From: Lepidodermella squamata
Lineage: Eukaryota > Animalia > Gastrotricha
DNA: 64,000 bases
Direction: 5' to 3'
Assembly (NCBI GenBank): GCA_047495785.1
Contig: JBLDXI010000003.1
Coordinates: forward strand, 3,906,001 to 3,970,000
The translations under genes were made by a program, and so were the position numbers. Positions 47,013 to 59,177 of the stretch are shown piece after piece. The notes beneath the pieces are model-generated. The model was not told where the DNA came from. It ran no database searches and worked only from the letters and a program-made list of their open reading frames with translations. The first letter of the stretch is position 1; each line of letters starts with the position of its first letter.

Positions 47013-50000
47013 ATGTCCCGATTTTTCGGCCAAGGCAAGGTGAGCTCTGTTGCATACTAGTCTTAACATTGCATAATATAGTGATTTTCTTCCTGACTAG
47101 CTAATATCAGACGCAAATATCAAAAGATGGATATCGGTAAACTTGTTTCTCGTATTTATTGATATTACTTAGTAACTGATTCAGTCGGTCAACGAACCTG
47201 ATGGCACGGCAAGGGCTGGGAGCTCACTGCTGTCGACAAAGCGCAATAGTGACTATTCAGCAGAAATACACCAAGATCGAATTCTGGAGGCTGCTTATGC
47301 CGAGAGTAAGCTCAGCTATTGTTGGCTTTGTTCAGCTTCTCGAATATTAATGATTGCATTTGCAGCGCGCTCTTTTGTTGATAACTACATTCGCCGTGAC
47401 GAGTTGGCTGATTTGGCTGACGAAATGCGCTTTTTTGACGAAGTCGACAGGGAGATATCATCGGATATAACATTTGAAAGTTTGTATTTCTGAATTACGT
47501 CAAGCCAGTATCAACCGTATTGCATCATTTGAAGGTAATGGAATACCGAAAATTTCATCCTTACCTCGCGCTCCGAGTCCGCCACCTATCGATTATGATC
47601 AGCCGGATGATTCCATAGTCAATTCGATTATTGAACGACTTCTGGAAAAGCCTATCTTTCCGAGAGAAATGGCGGAATGCAGAGGGCAAGACGATAATTA
47701 TGATATTCCACTTTCATCGGCTACCTCCAATTCACGGCGCACGATTAGCTCGTCTAGATCAACTGTGACGACGGCGAGCTCAAGAACTGCTGACTTCCTT
47801 GCTCGACAAAAAATCAGACAAGAATTGGTAATTTTTTAGTAGCATATTGAAGTCGCTCATTGACATCATACGGTAGGTGAAGCAAAATCGCGAGAAGCGA
47901 GAAGCAGAGGAGCGAGCAAGGAAGCGCGAAGAAGTAGCGAAGCGTGAGTTGATTGCTGAATCGAAGAGAAGAGCAGCTCAGGAACAAAGGGATCGAGAAA
48001 TACGAGAAAAAGTTGACTGCTGATTATGTCTTTAACGATTTCTACTAATCTTTACTGCCTTAGATGGAGGAGGAAGAAATCAAAAGAGAAATGATGAAAA
48101 TCAAGCAGCAAATGGAAAATCAGAGGAAACTTGTTACGAAGTTGAACGCTGAGCGTAAGTCGAGGATGGCTATGAATTCTAACAATCAGCCAGACATAAT
48201 TTATCCTTTCAGAGCACGCAGTTACCCAAGCCGCCGAAGCTGCTGCTCGCGCGGAGATGGAATATGAAATGACGAAGAAAAATGAATTGGAGGAAGAAGT
48301 TCGTCAAGCTATGGATGAAGAGAAACGTCTGAAGAGAGTTCGCTTGGAACAGATATTGAAGTCGAGAAACGCTGAAAACGTCAAGTTGCTGCAGCGTTGC
48401 TTCCATGCTTGGTTGAATACTGTCATTGAGGATCGCCTGGCAGTTGCTAAATTTCGTGCTGTAGCAGATTGGCGGCGCATTGTGAGAGCGTGGAATCGGT
48501 GGAGATCTCGCGCTAACAACCAAATTATGGAAAGAGCTGCAAAACAGCACGCCGATGAACTTCGACACGAGTATAGGAAAGAACAAATAGCCGAAAGTCA
48601 TTACAAGCGTCGATTGTTGACCTTTGCCATGAGGGAATGGTGCTTTTTTATTGAACACCAGCGAATCTTGAAGTAAGAATACCACAAATGTCTACCATTG
48701 TCTGTATTTTGATTGTCATTAGGTCCGCGGAAGCGGCAAAAGAGGAGCGAAAAGCCAAAATGGCGTCATTTCTTGCTGCTGCTAACGCTGCTGCTGTTGT
48801 TGCTCAGAATACGCCGCCGGCAGAGCCAGTTCTAATCTGCGACCCAGTTGTCTCGAAGGGCATAGATGAGTTATTCTCAAATGAAAGAAAGTTCAAATTG
48901 GATCTCAAACACCTATCGAGTAGTGAAGAAGACAAAGCCGCTACTGCAGGATCGAAAGGTCGAGTGAAGGCGTCGCTGCGGAAAAGTCCAGGGAAGGTTA
49001 ACAGTGCTACATCTGAGAAAAAAGTAAAAGCAGCACAGCGACCTCTAATCGACGACGTTAACACTAGTCAAAGCGAAAACGATGAATTTCCCCAAGAATG
49101 CAATTCGCGATCCGTTCCCGACCGGAAAGCTGCAAGGCAGCAGCAAATTATAAGCTTGCAAAGGGAAAGACTCAGAGGTGAATTTTTGATAAACTGAAAA
49201 GCTCCAGAAACTGAAATATAAATTTTAATCTTTCAGATCAACAGAGATTAATTAAAGAACTGTCTTATGCCCATCGGCAAACTGAAATGATTCAACAGAT
49301 TGCTAAATACGAAGAATTACTCAAAGGACTGGAGAATCTTACTAAGCTAACTAAAATATCTCCAGCCACGCCTTCATCTGGGGCAACAAGCAATCGCTCG
49401 TCGGCTCCGGTTAAGAAATCTTCATCGAACAGCGCTCGTCTAGAAAAAACAGACCAGCAACCTGGACCAGCAAGTGCACGAAACGATTCACTGAAAAATG
49501 ATTCGGAAGTGTCGGAACATGCAGAGAGAAGTGATGATGCCGCTAACACTGTGACAGAGGCTGAAAAAGCACCTGATGAAGGAGCCGATGATGTTCAGTT
49601 GCAGCTCAGCGAAGTCGTGAAACTCTTTCATGCAACTAAAAATCTACCCACAGTCGCCAGTGTTACCCCGAAAAGCGCTCCGAGCACCCGTCGCACGATT
49701 TCCAGCACTACGAGTCACGAATCTGACTTCAGCAAGAGTATGAAATTTCATGCTATTATTTTTGAAAATTTCATAGTTTTTCGTATTTTCAGAAATGGAG
49801 GAACGCGCAGAGCTGCGTAGGAAAATGAAAGAAGAGCGAGAGAAGAAGAAACAGGAGGAAGAAAAACGTAAAATCGTAAGTCACTAGGGAATTCATTTAC
49901 AATAATAACATTATTGGCTTATTAAGGAGGAAGAACGCATGCGCGAAGAAGAGCGAAGAAAGCAAGAAGAAGAAGCGAAGCGTGCCAAGGTCGAGGAATT

Positions 50001-50787
50001 GAAGAAGAAACGTCAGCTTGAAAAAGAGGTTTGCCCACGCCTATTTCATTATCTTAAACCGAAACTGTTTGTTTTTCAGCGCGAAGAGCAGCGATTCGCG
50101 CAAATGCTGCGAGAAGAGCGGCAACAAATTAGAGCCGTTGAGGGTGATACTCGCCGATTACTGCGACATCACGGCTGGCTTCCTTGGGTACGGCTTGTGC
50201 AACAAAAGCGACAAAACTGGCAGATTGCAGTTGAGAAACATTCAACTAATACCCAGCGTAAATTTCTGGTGGCGTGGGCTGATTTTGTTCGAGAAGACGT
50301 CGCCAGGCGCCAGCAACTTGCAGATGAATTCTTCAGACACCTTATTGTTAAGCGAAGTTTTTACTCTTGGAGAATGGTAATACTTTTGTTCCTAAATAGC
50401 TCAGCTTCACTACATTTTTTTATTGCCCATTAGTGTGGAAGTTACATGCTGATTCTCGAGCAGAAAGCTGAGCGGCATTACAAGGCGCGTCTCTTGGTAC
50501 AGTATTTTTCTAAATGGGACCGTTATGTCGACCATCAGCGGCGAAAGGAGATTCGCGATGAAGATGCGGCCGACAACCATAACGTACTGCGTTTGATGAA
50601 ATTCACCTTTCGAGCTTGGAAAAAAATTCCTGTCATGGCTCGGGAAGAGCGGTTGCGCCGCGAGCGCCTGTCTTCAATGCGCCGACGCGTTGCTGAGCTA
50701 CTGCCTGATTTTCAGGCTTCAAGCACGCCTCCTCCAGCGGCTTCGATTTCAGTCGATGCGTCCGCTAAATTTGATGAACCGAGTTGA
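47013..50787 (+). CDS. CCDC191: Coiled-coil domain-containing protein 191-like (multi-exon)
   Basis: NIKRWI N-terminus, VKQNREKRE...EEEEIKREMMKI, LLQRCFHAW, Sfi1-like W/F repeats and C-terminal RRERL..MRRRVAELLPDF; start codon approximate. Confidence 0.8.
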
Positions 50788-51867
50788 AAAATATATGATT
50801 CCAAAAATCTCTTCGTTGTGCCTAATCAATTTTTCATGCTTTATATTATTATTTATTATTGACTGTGATTAGCGAGGTATTCTATGATTGCCATGCAAAT
50901 TATTCAAAGTGCGATTTACCGTGATATCACTCGTTGTACTATTGCTCAAGTACGCAATAAAGTTTGCTTAATTGGAGTTTATTATGCGGTCAATGTGTTG
51001 TTACCTACCGAGTTGATACAGTTCCGCAGGATAAATTGGGACTCTTCGGCTTAGCAGGTAAATAGTTTTGTAACGCCATAGGATGAAATCACTGGATTTG
51101 TTGCAGAAAATTCCCCATCTCTTGAGCTTTCGAATGGCACATATCCCAAGGAGATTGGAGCAATACTTTATTTTTAAGAAATATAAGCAAGGCAACTCAA
51201 TCGTCCATTTGGGATTCCCTCTTAGCACCTAAACAAACAATCACTTTGGGGCGAAAATTGTCATGTTATCAGTTGAGCGTTGCTCTCTCAGTTATCGAAT
51301 GAAAAATGATAACGGCGCAGCGATTAGTTTTTGCAGGGCATTCACCTAGAGTTCAGGAGGACATCGGCTAATTTTGGACCGTTTATTAATGCGGCTGCGA
51401 AAAAATATTTATATTTTTCTCAATTTTTCTTCCGAAATGAACGCGCCTATTTTTTAAATTTTTTTTCAAAATTTGACCCAAAGCTCAAAAAAATTCACAA
51501 AATGCCATTGCAAATGAGCGTGTCCAGAAGTGCCCACTCCAACTTTAGTCATACATGTTTTCGATCGTCAAAAATCAGGTAAAAATCGTAAAATCACCAA
51601 ATTTTACCGATGAATCACGACTCTTTCTATACAAAATAATTGATTCCTGAATTAGGACTGATTTTTAATCCTTGAAAAACATAGCTATGTCAACAATTAA
51701 CCTCCCCTATTACGGTAGGATTAAAGTTGATTGTTCCAATTTAAAAAAATAATAATAAACTCATCCGCGCATATTTTTATTATTTTGGCCACTAATATGG
51801 AGACGTTTTAACACGGAAGCTAACATAGCTGATTTATTTTGCTGCTCCACGAGGGTTGCTCTGGTCA

Positions 51868-52545
51868 TCATTCATGGTAGACAGCAAAGGCCATCGCAAC
51901 TGCGAAGAGTGACGAGTTGAGAAATGAGGCTTCGGCGAAGTCGTCATGGTCTTTGAACCACAGGCAGCGACTGACGCAGGAGAAGCTCTGCCGTTCATTT
52001 TGCCCGATCACAACCTTGACTACGATTTTGTAGCGCGGTGAGCGAATCGCCTCTTCCTTGAGACGTTTTCGAATCATGTCGCTTAGCGTCTTGGCGATAT
52101 TTCCGGCCGTCTTTGCGTTGTAAGTTTCTGACTTGAGATAATTCTCTAGAATCTGAGTCATCAGCCGTTGGGCCTAAAAAAAAACGAATAATGCTATAAA
52201 TAAAAACCATTCGATAATTACCAATAGGGGGGGGGGGGGGGGGGAAATTTATTCATCTAGCTACTATCTTTTCCCCACTGGTCCGCATTTGCCTAATTTG
52301 CCTAACGATTGAATAATTAAATATTTTGCGGCATGAAAACTGACATGGCCAGCGTTGAATAGCTGATTGTGTTCTGGGCCCAAACGATAAGATGGCTGAT
52401 ATAATGGTTTAAGGTGGCGTTTTGTTGTTGCCGCGGTTTCGGACGATTCGGTCTGAGCAGCGAGTCCGCCCATCATCATCGGAATAGCACGTGACATTCT
52501 TCGACCTGCGAATGCTTTTGGAGGAGGTCCGTCTTGATCGCCCAT
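51868..52545 (-). CDS. Tctex1 domain-containing dynein light chain (TCTEX1D1/DYNLT5-like), 2 exons
   Basis: YQPSYRLGP...F, then PRYKIVVKVVIGQ...VSRCLW...DDFAEASF.NSSLFAVA.AFAVY.E (Tctex-1 domain); the intron contains a G18 run at 52227-52244. Confidence 0.9.
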
Positions 52546-54169
52546 GATTCCGACACGAGAAACGAACAGTCAATTAATTTCAAAATTTAAAGCGACTATA
52601 GACACGCATTAGTTGAGTCAAATCGATTAGTCTTGTTTTAGTCACCTGGGACCTTGAATTTCTTTGAATAAATTAGAAATAAAGATGATTGTTAATAAAA
52701 ATTGAAAGAAATTGAAGGTACTATGGTCGTCATAGCAGACTCTAAAACTAGAGCGGCGTTGACGGCTTTTAGAAAAGCGGCTAAATATATATCGATTACA
52801 GCAATCAAGTCAAAATTTGAGAGGCAAATAATAAGTAGTACCGCAGCAGTTTATTAAACGGCATATGTATGAAAATTACCTACCTTTTAAATTGGCACTT
52901 GTTAGTTGTGCAGGCGCGGTCAGTATAGGAGCAACAGCAGCAACGCGCCAATGCGTAGGTATGTATCAATAATATTCTTATATTTCAAACTTAGCGAGCC
53001 GACGTCGCTGAGGGCTGTGAAAACAAGTGGCGACCAACCATGAGTTGAAAGCGCGTTGCTAGCGGCGACGTGGTCCGATTCAAACGAGGCCTATCAAAGC
53101 CTTGTATTATACGCCCTTTCTTCATTTTCGCCTGCCGACCTTAGTTACCATTCAACACACCTTTCGGGATTATTAGCACCATTACACCTGTGCCGCATCA
53201 CACGCTTGTCACACGACGTGTATTAGACAATGAAATGAAAATTGAAAATCAATGGTTATAAATTTTCTTGCCGTAGTTTTTGTGTTAAAAACGACTAAGT
53301 GTGCGCTGGCGACTATAACAAATAACAACACGGTATAACGTTCCGATATAAGATAATTTTTATTTTAGGAATTTATCTTCAAAATTTGTTCACGCGCACT
53401 AGAAATATTTGCTATCTAAAGTCCAAATGAAAGCGCACTGTTACGCTGTTACCTAATGCGATGAAGTTGAGGAACGCCCAACGCCAGGGGCAAAACGAAT
53501 TGCTGTTGATTCCCAAGAGAAAGTGGGCCTATTGACCACTTGGATTGTGCTGACCTCTGACCCTGAAGCAGATTGCCTATATTGATTATTTCGTTTCATA
53601 TACATCCTGATGTTTTGAGGGGGGAATCGGGAAGCAAATTTTGAATTATTGGAATTCTAGAATAAACGGACTAATTTTGTATTCGAGTTTAATCACTGTC
53701 TGATAAATCCTATATTGATCTTAAAACACAATGCTTTTATTTCAGAGCTTGTATTTTCGATGTCCCGGGCCGGGAGGGGTAGTTTACATCCCGACTCACA
53801 GCTTGCCACGGCGACGAGAGGCTACAGATTACTCCAGCGTGCCTGCATGCGCCGTCAAAATGTAACACCTATTCGAAATTAGAATCGAATCGAAGAAATC
53901 CACTCTCCGGCAATTTGTTTCTGCTAGACCTGACTTCACAGGCGCGAGTCCGGCAGGGCCCTATTGCCTACCTTTGTCTTTTTGAATCGTTATTTATTTA
54001 GCGGAAAGCTGTATCGCCCATGCGAGGAAATATGAAATCATGTTCTATTCTCGCGCCAAATCACAGTGAAGAAAATAGATAACAGCGCATCCAGATATAT
54101 GAAGATTCAGGCTCAATCAAGATTCATTTTGAAAGTAATCGAATAATCGCGTCTGTTTTTTCCGTGATT

Positions 54170-54997
54170 TCAAACATAAGTTTCACAGATAAAATCAGCC
54201 GCAATATAGTCGCAGCCTAGGTCGTATACCTCATAGCCGAGAAGGTAGCCACACTTGTTACCCATAGGGTGGCCGTTCGTCCAGGGTGGGAAGTCTTTGT
54301 ACGGCGCGCCATCGTACCACGTCCATTTGCCTCGAACCAGCGACAGGCCAATGTGAGCAAACGCACTAGAGTCTACAAACGCCTGATCGAGTTCCGCCTG
54401 GTTCTTGATGGTCGCCAGCATTCCGCCTATGCTCGCACAATATTTTACAGCAGCAGAGCGTGGTTCCACAGTTGCGTGATGAATCAGCTTTTTGACAGCG
54501 CTTTGGCATGTCAGAATACTGGTGTAGATCGTCGTCGGGTAGGGCCTTTCGCTAGGCCAGCAAGCTCCAGCTCGGCAGTTAACCACGCCATGTGGCCCAA
54601 GGCAACGAAAATACCTGCCCGAACAAACATTAGCTGGGATATTTAGCCATAATTTTGTGTATTTAAGTGCATTTAACCCTAAAAATAGCGGAAAAATTCG
54701 GAAATATTTGGCAGATTTTCGGCCTAGTCAATACTCGATTTTCTCACCATTGTGGGCTAAACGTTTCATCCTCGATCGCATAGTAAAAATACGGCTGAGC
54801 ATCGACTTTGTTCACATTGGAATTGACATTGGTGTCGAAAGAAAAACGGCGCCATTTTGTGAACTTGTTTTGCCGTATATCGCTCGTCTCTGCAAACGCG
54901 CATCCTGGCGGAAAACACAAAACGTCTTGAGAATAGATGAAGTTTCAGAGAAAAAAAAACCTAAAAGAATGACGCTCAAACCAATTGATAACTTCAT
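54170..54997 (-). CDS. Secreted C-type lectin domain protein, copy 1 (3 exons)
   Basis: Signal peptide MKLSIGLSVILLG|CAFA; CTLD A.KYCASIGGMLATI.N..E...HIGL....W.WYDG....PW..GHP..NKC......YD.GC.....FICE. Confidence 0.85.
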
Positions 54998-55085
54998 GGT
55001 TCGAAAAATTGAAAAATATGTTTTGCTTCATGATTTGCTTGACTGTGATTTGCGATTCGCGCGTGCGATAGTCGAGATCGTTAGT

Positions 55086-55433
55086 CCCAGACCGGCACGA
55101 AATGATTTGAAATACACTGAAATAATTAAGCTGAAATAAGCTGGCAAATGATTTCAGTGGATTTCAGCTTAGCGTTTTTCCAGCGTATTGCAACTTATAA
55201 TTATTTCAGCGTATTTCAGCTTGTCGATGTCGCAACGTGCTTACTTCAGCGTATTTCAACACGGTAGATAGATAGCAAAAAAAACATGACTTTACAACAA
55301 ATCGGCTGAAATGTGCGCAGCCCAGAATTCAGCTCCGGCGTATTTGAACGACGAAGAGATCGCCATATTTCAGCGTATTTAAGCTGATGAAATCAGTTCA
55401 AGCCCATTTCAGCTGATTTCGTGCCGATCTGGG
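55086..55433. mobile_element. Non-autonomous CACTA/EnSpm-like element upstream of lectin copy 1
   Basis: TIRs CCCAGACCGGCACGAAAT / ATTTCGTGCCGATCTGGG and subterminal TATTTCAGC repeats; the paralog's empty site (60562 TTAGTTGTCTCCGC) shows a 2-bp GT duplication. Confidence 0.8.
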
Positions 55434-55637
55434 GTTGTCTCCGCACTAATTTTCAAGATCACCAGACGCACTTTCCCTGCCAGAATGTTCTCCAATCCGA
55501 TCCCAACGAAATTTTCAGGAAAGTTTCCCACAATTACGAAAAATCGCATCGGAATATGCCTCATAGTTTTGGAGTAATAACGTCTACTTCAACTTCAAAC
55601 ATTAAAGAACTACAACTTGATTTCGTCCGTTATATTG

Positions 55638-55917
55638 TGTCCGCTGAGTTCAACAAAACAACTTTATCGTAAGAACTTTGGAACTCAGGGAAACCTGATT
55701 TAGCGGACCGCTCCATTCAAATCAGCCTCTATTAAGTAGATTCCCTCTATTAAGATGGAATGCAATTTTCGGTCATAATTGGTCTCATTAGATGCGCCAC
55801 GCCTTGCTACACTTGGAACTAAAGTGGCACACTTCGATGGTATCCCCGGTTATGATATATGGGGTGATTAGTGGGGTCCACCAAGCAATGGTCTGTTGAA
55901 CTCAGCGACATGGAGTA
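55638..55917. mobile_element. Small MITE-like element
   Basis: Inverted repeats TGTCCGCTGAGTTCAACA / TGTTGAACTCAGCGACA about 270 bp apart. Confidence 0.5.
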
Positions 55918-56214
55918 ATTGGAAATGTTTACTACATCCGTAATGAGGCGCCAGGATATACTACCTTCTGTTATAAACTACCTCTATTGCAAAATTTTGA
56001 AAGACGAAACGCAATAAAAATCAGTATCAGTATCTCACTGAGTCGGCTTTATCGATACAGACGCTTTGAAAATAACACTCAATGAATTTTATTTCAACAT
56101 CCGATATATCTAAAGAAAGACAATTGCAGTGTCGAACTTCCGACTCGTCAATTTCTCCTTTCAAAACGAAGGCTGTCAGCAAAATCACAGTGAGAAATTA
56201 AGGAATCCTTAACG

Positions 56215-56324
56215 GTGTTGAGGGCAGAAACGAGATTTCGGCCCGCTGAAAATGCCCGAGGGCGTAGCGAAGCGAAGCCCGAGGGTATTTTCAAGGGCTG
56301 AAATCGAGTTTTTGCCCGAAACAC
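56215..56324. repeat. Long imperfect palindrome with periodic GA/GA mismatches
   Basis: GTGTT-GA-GGGCAGAAAC-GA-GATTTCGGCCC...GCCC-GA-GGGC...GCCC-GA-GGGTATTTTCA...GAAATC-GA-GTTTTTGCCC-GA-AACAC with a central GCGAAGC. Confidence 0.8.
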
Positions 56325-58198
56325 AAGTTTAGGATTCCTGTTCCCACATTGTTGGTTATTTTCTGAATAAAAACCCAATTTTCCACTGGAAATATGGATA
56401 AAATGCCTAAACACTCATACCCACGGTGTCTGATTAAATTAATTTTGTTGAAATAAAAAATCAACCTTAAAAATCATTTAACAAATTCTTTTTGTTTCAT
56501 TCCTTTTTTAAATCAATTTTTGCACTGAATTCTTTGTTGGTGGAAACCACGCACGGCTCGGAAACGCAGTCGATTCTAACCAAATGGATATGGTTGTTGC
56601 AGTCTGAGCGACACCAATCAGCTCGTGAAAACCGCAATGCTCAAGATATCGAGCTGCTATAGCAAAAGCCCGAATTTCCTCTTGGCCGATCAGATTCCAG
56701 CGTTCAATCCGCCGGCGATGACGGCGATGACTTTGAAGGCGTTGCTGAATAACTGCAACAATACATCGAAGAATTGGCGCTTGAGACAATTGGCACGGTG
56801 CAAAATTCCAGGAAACGATACGCCGACTATGCTGTTCAACGACTTTCGGTGGAAAATCTCTGTACGAAGCGACGGCATTGGCATTGTTGGGCTGTGATCC
56901 TGTTAAGCCTGAAGAACCCGTTTGAATCACGCCATTTCACGGTCGACGCCAGTTGTCAAGTAATTTATTGCACAGCGACTTAACATGTCACATCCAGAAC
57001 TGACTATGGCTCTGTGTGTTGCGGAATTCTTAAAATCGCCGCGGTGGTGCGCTGCGGAATAATGCGCGAGTGCGCGCGATTGTTTACCTTTCTGCTTAAT
57101 AGTGTGCAAAGGTGCGGTGTTAAGACTTTTGACGCGGAAACCACTATTCGCGCCGCGGAAAAATTTAAAAATAGACGCGGAAAGTAGCGATGAATCCGCG
57201 GAATTAAATCCATTAATCAGAATAACTTGGCGGCTGGTTTTTTTTTTGCAAAAATCATCCACTGGCCACAGAACCACTTCGTCACGTTAGCTAAACGCGG
57301 CTGATAGCAAACCGCTAGCACCTAGCGACTGGTATTAAAGCTCTATAATGGGCTAACTTTTTCGCGCAATGTCGGCCAGATACGCCGTAAAAGGGATGTT
57401 CGCTATCGGTGCGCATGAACTGGGTGTTCGGCGGCTGCGTACCTATGGGACTCGAAATGAGTTTATACCGGACTGCGCACGAGGGTGGCTATAGTAACAC
57501 CGAAACAACCGCCCATTGCTAGCTCCTAGCACCTAATCGGGGTGGTTCGATAACCACTGAGACTGAGCCGAGCCATTTTACGACACGTGTTACTCAGCTC
57601 TTTCCAAACGCTGGACGCTATTCCCCCGCCGACCCATTACAACATGTAGCAGTCAATTTCTTGAAAAACCGCGTTCGAATGAACCCTCTCCGTGCGCAGT
57701 TGTCACATCTTTATTGCCCTTATTGCAGGTCTGCAAGGCGCTCGCTCTCAAAAGCGGTGTTAATCCGCTAATCCCTAATCCGCGTCTCAACAGTTCCGCC
57801 CCTCTTCGCCGCCCTAGCCCTCTGTATTGCGCTGTTGACGTGACTCGCTACCTCAGGACACCGGGCTGTGTAAACAGCTTTGGTCAATTTTGCCGATTGT
57901 TGTCGATTTCGTTGAAGTTTTTCGAAAGTTTTTCGAAAGTTTTCACACGGCGCGCAACTTGGCGCAACTTGCAAAAACTTGTCAATATCAGTCCCTTGGC
58001 TGAATCCCACTGGCTGAATTCGCTCATTTTTACGGTACCAAGAGCAACGGATATCGCTAGCGGCGCTTTGGTGGTGAAGATGTTTTACCGCCTTCTATAC
58101 CTGCGTATTACCTGACTCAGCGGCAACGGGTCAAGTCGACCCGCCGGTCACCAGTCACCTGTTGGGTCAGGTCACCGGTCTGGTACTAGTCGTGAGAC

Positions 58199-58357
58199 CA
58201 TGAGACGTACCAGGACGCCGAGGCTTGATAAAAGGGGCAAAAAACATCAGCAGCTCGTGCCTCAAATCAATGCGACGAGCTCATGAATAATCCGTTTCGC
58301 TTTACACAGATTTTATTATAGGAGATTCGAAGCCTCGGCGTCCTGGCACGTCTCATG
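58199..58357. mobile_element. MITE-like inverted repeat (28-bp arms)
   Basis: CATGAGACGTACCAGGACGCCGAGGCTT ... AAGCCTCGGCGTCCTGGCACGTCTCATG (1 mismatch). Confidence 0.7.
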
Positions 58358-59030
58358 TTCGCGGCCGGTCAGCCGCTGCCGATTGACCGGTTTTCAACCG
58401 AAATATGTCACAAAACTCAGAAATTTTATAAATCGCGTCTTTTGTTTACTATTAGCGTCTTTTGACCGCGCGCACTCACCGATTTCAGCGGGAAGCGATT
58501 AAATAAGCGCGGCGGATTAACATTTTGACCGCGCCTTCACAAATTCGCGGCGCGCGCACAAATTCCGCGTCATTTTACACATTTCAGCGTCGTGTTTACT
58601 TTGGGCGACTGACTATTGTTTATAAGCTCACCCACAGTATTATTGTTCAATAAAAATGGTTTTTGTTAAAATGCTTTCTTTGGTTCAAATTTTTGCTTTG
58701 CTAGCCCAATTCCTAAATGGAGTCTGGTTCGCCCAGTAACTCAATGATTTGGATTTTAACCGAAATTAATAATAAAAGATCCACCTTAAAACACGTGAGC
58801 GGGCGGAATCACCGGGCGGAAACACCGGGCGGAATCACATTTTCCATTGAAGCAAAAAATAACCAACCATGTGGGAAATAATTAATCCAGTTATACAGGT
58901 GATAAAGATGCAATATTTCACTGAGTTTCATCAGTAGAGTTTGCGTAGAAAATTAAATCAAAACGAATTGAGTCATTTTCGCAGCAAATATCTGAGGTTA
59001 AATAGTAAATTTTCTGAGATACACTCTCTT

Positions 59031-59071
59031 TTAGCCTGAAGATGGGCACGTCGTGCTCGAAACGTCGCTAA
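59031..59071 (+). ncRNA. Minimal type I hammerhead ribozyme (Penelope-like element pLTR type)
   Basis: TTAGC-CTGAAGA-T-GGGCAC(GTC)GTGCTC-GAAAC-GTC-GCTAA: stem I TTAGC/GCTAA, core CUGAAGA/GAAA, 6-bp stem II, palindromic ACGU stem III, cleavage after C59066. Confidence 0.88.
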
Positions 59072-59177
59072 CAATATACCAAAAAAAGGAGACTCGTGGC
59101 TGCAAAAAATGACTCAATTCGTTTTGAATAAAGATTTAGGTTGAAATTAAGTAATCGAGTCCGTTTTTTCCGCGATT

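Noticed and set aside
52227-52244. G18 homopolymer in the Tctex intron
   Set aside because: Could form a G-quadruplex, but it is a simple repeat with no supporting context and its length is assembly-prone.
54812-54997. Apparent premature stop or frameshift in the first ORFs of the lectins (also 60276-60626)
   Set aside because: Resolved by a ~55-nt intron after the signal-peptide exon; both copies appear intact.
56508-58115. Several short ORFs within the repeat-rich segment
   Set aside because: No transposase, recombinase or other motifs recognised in any frame.
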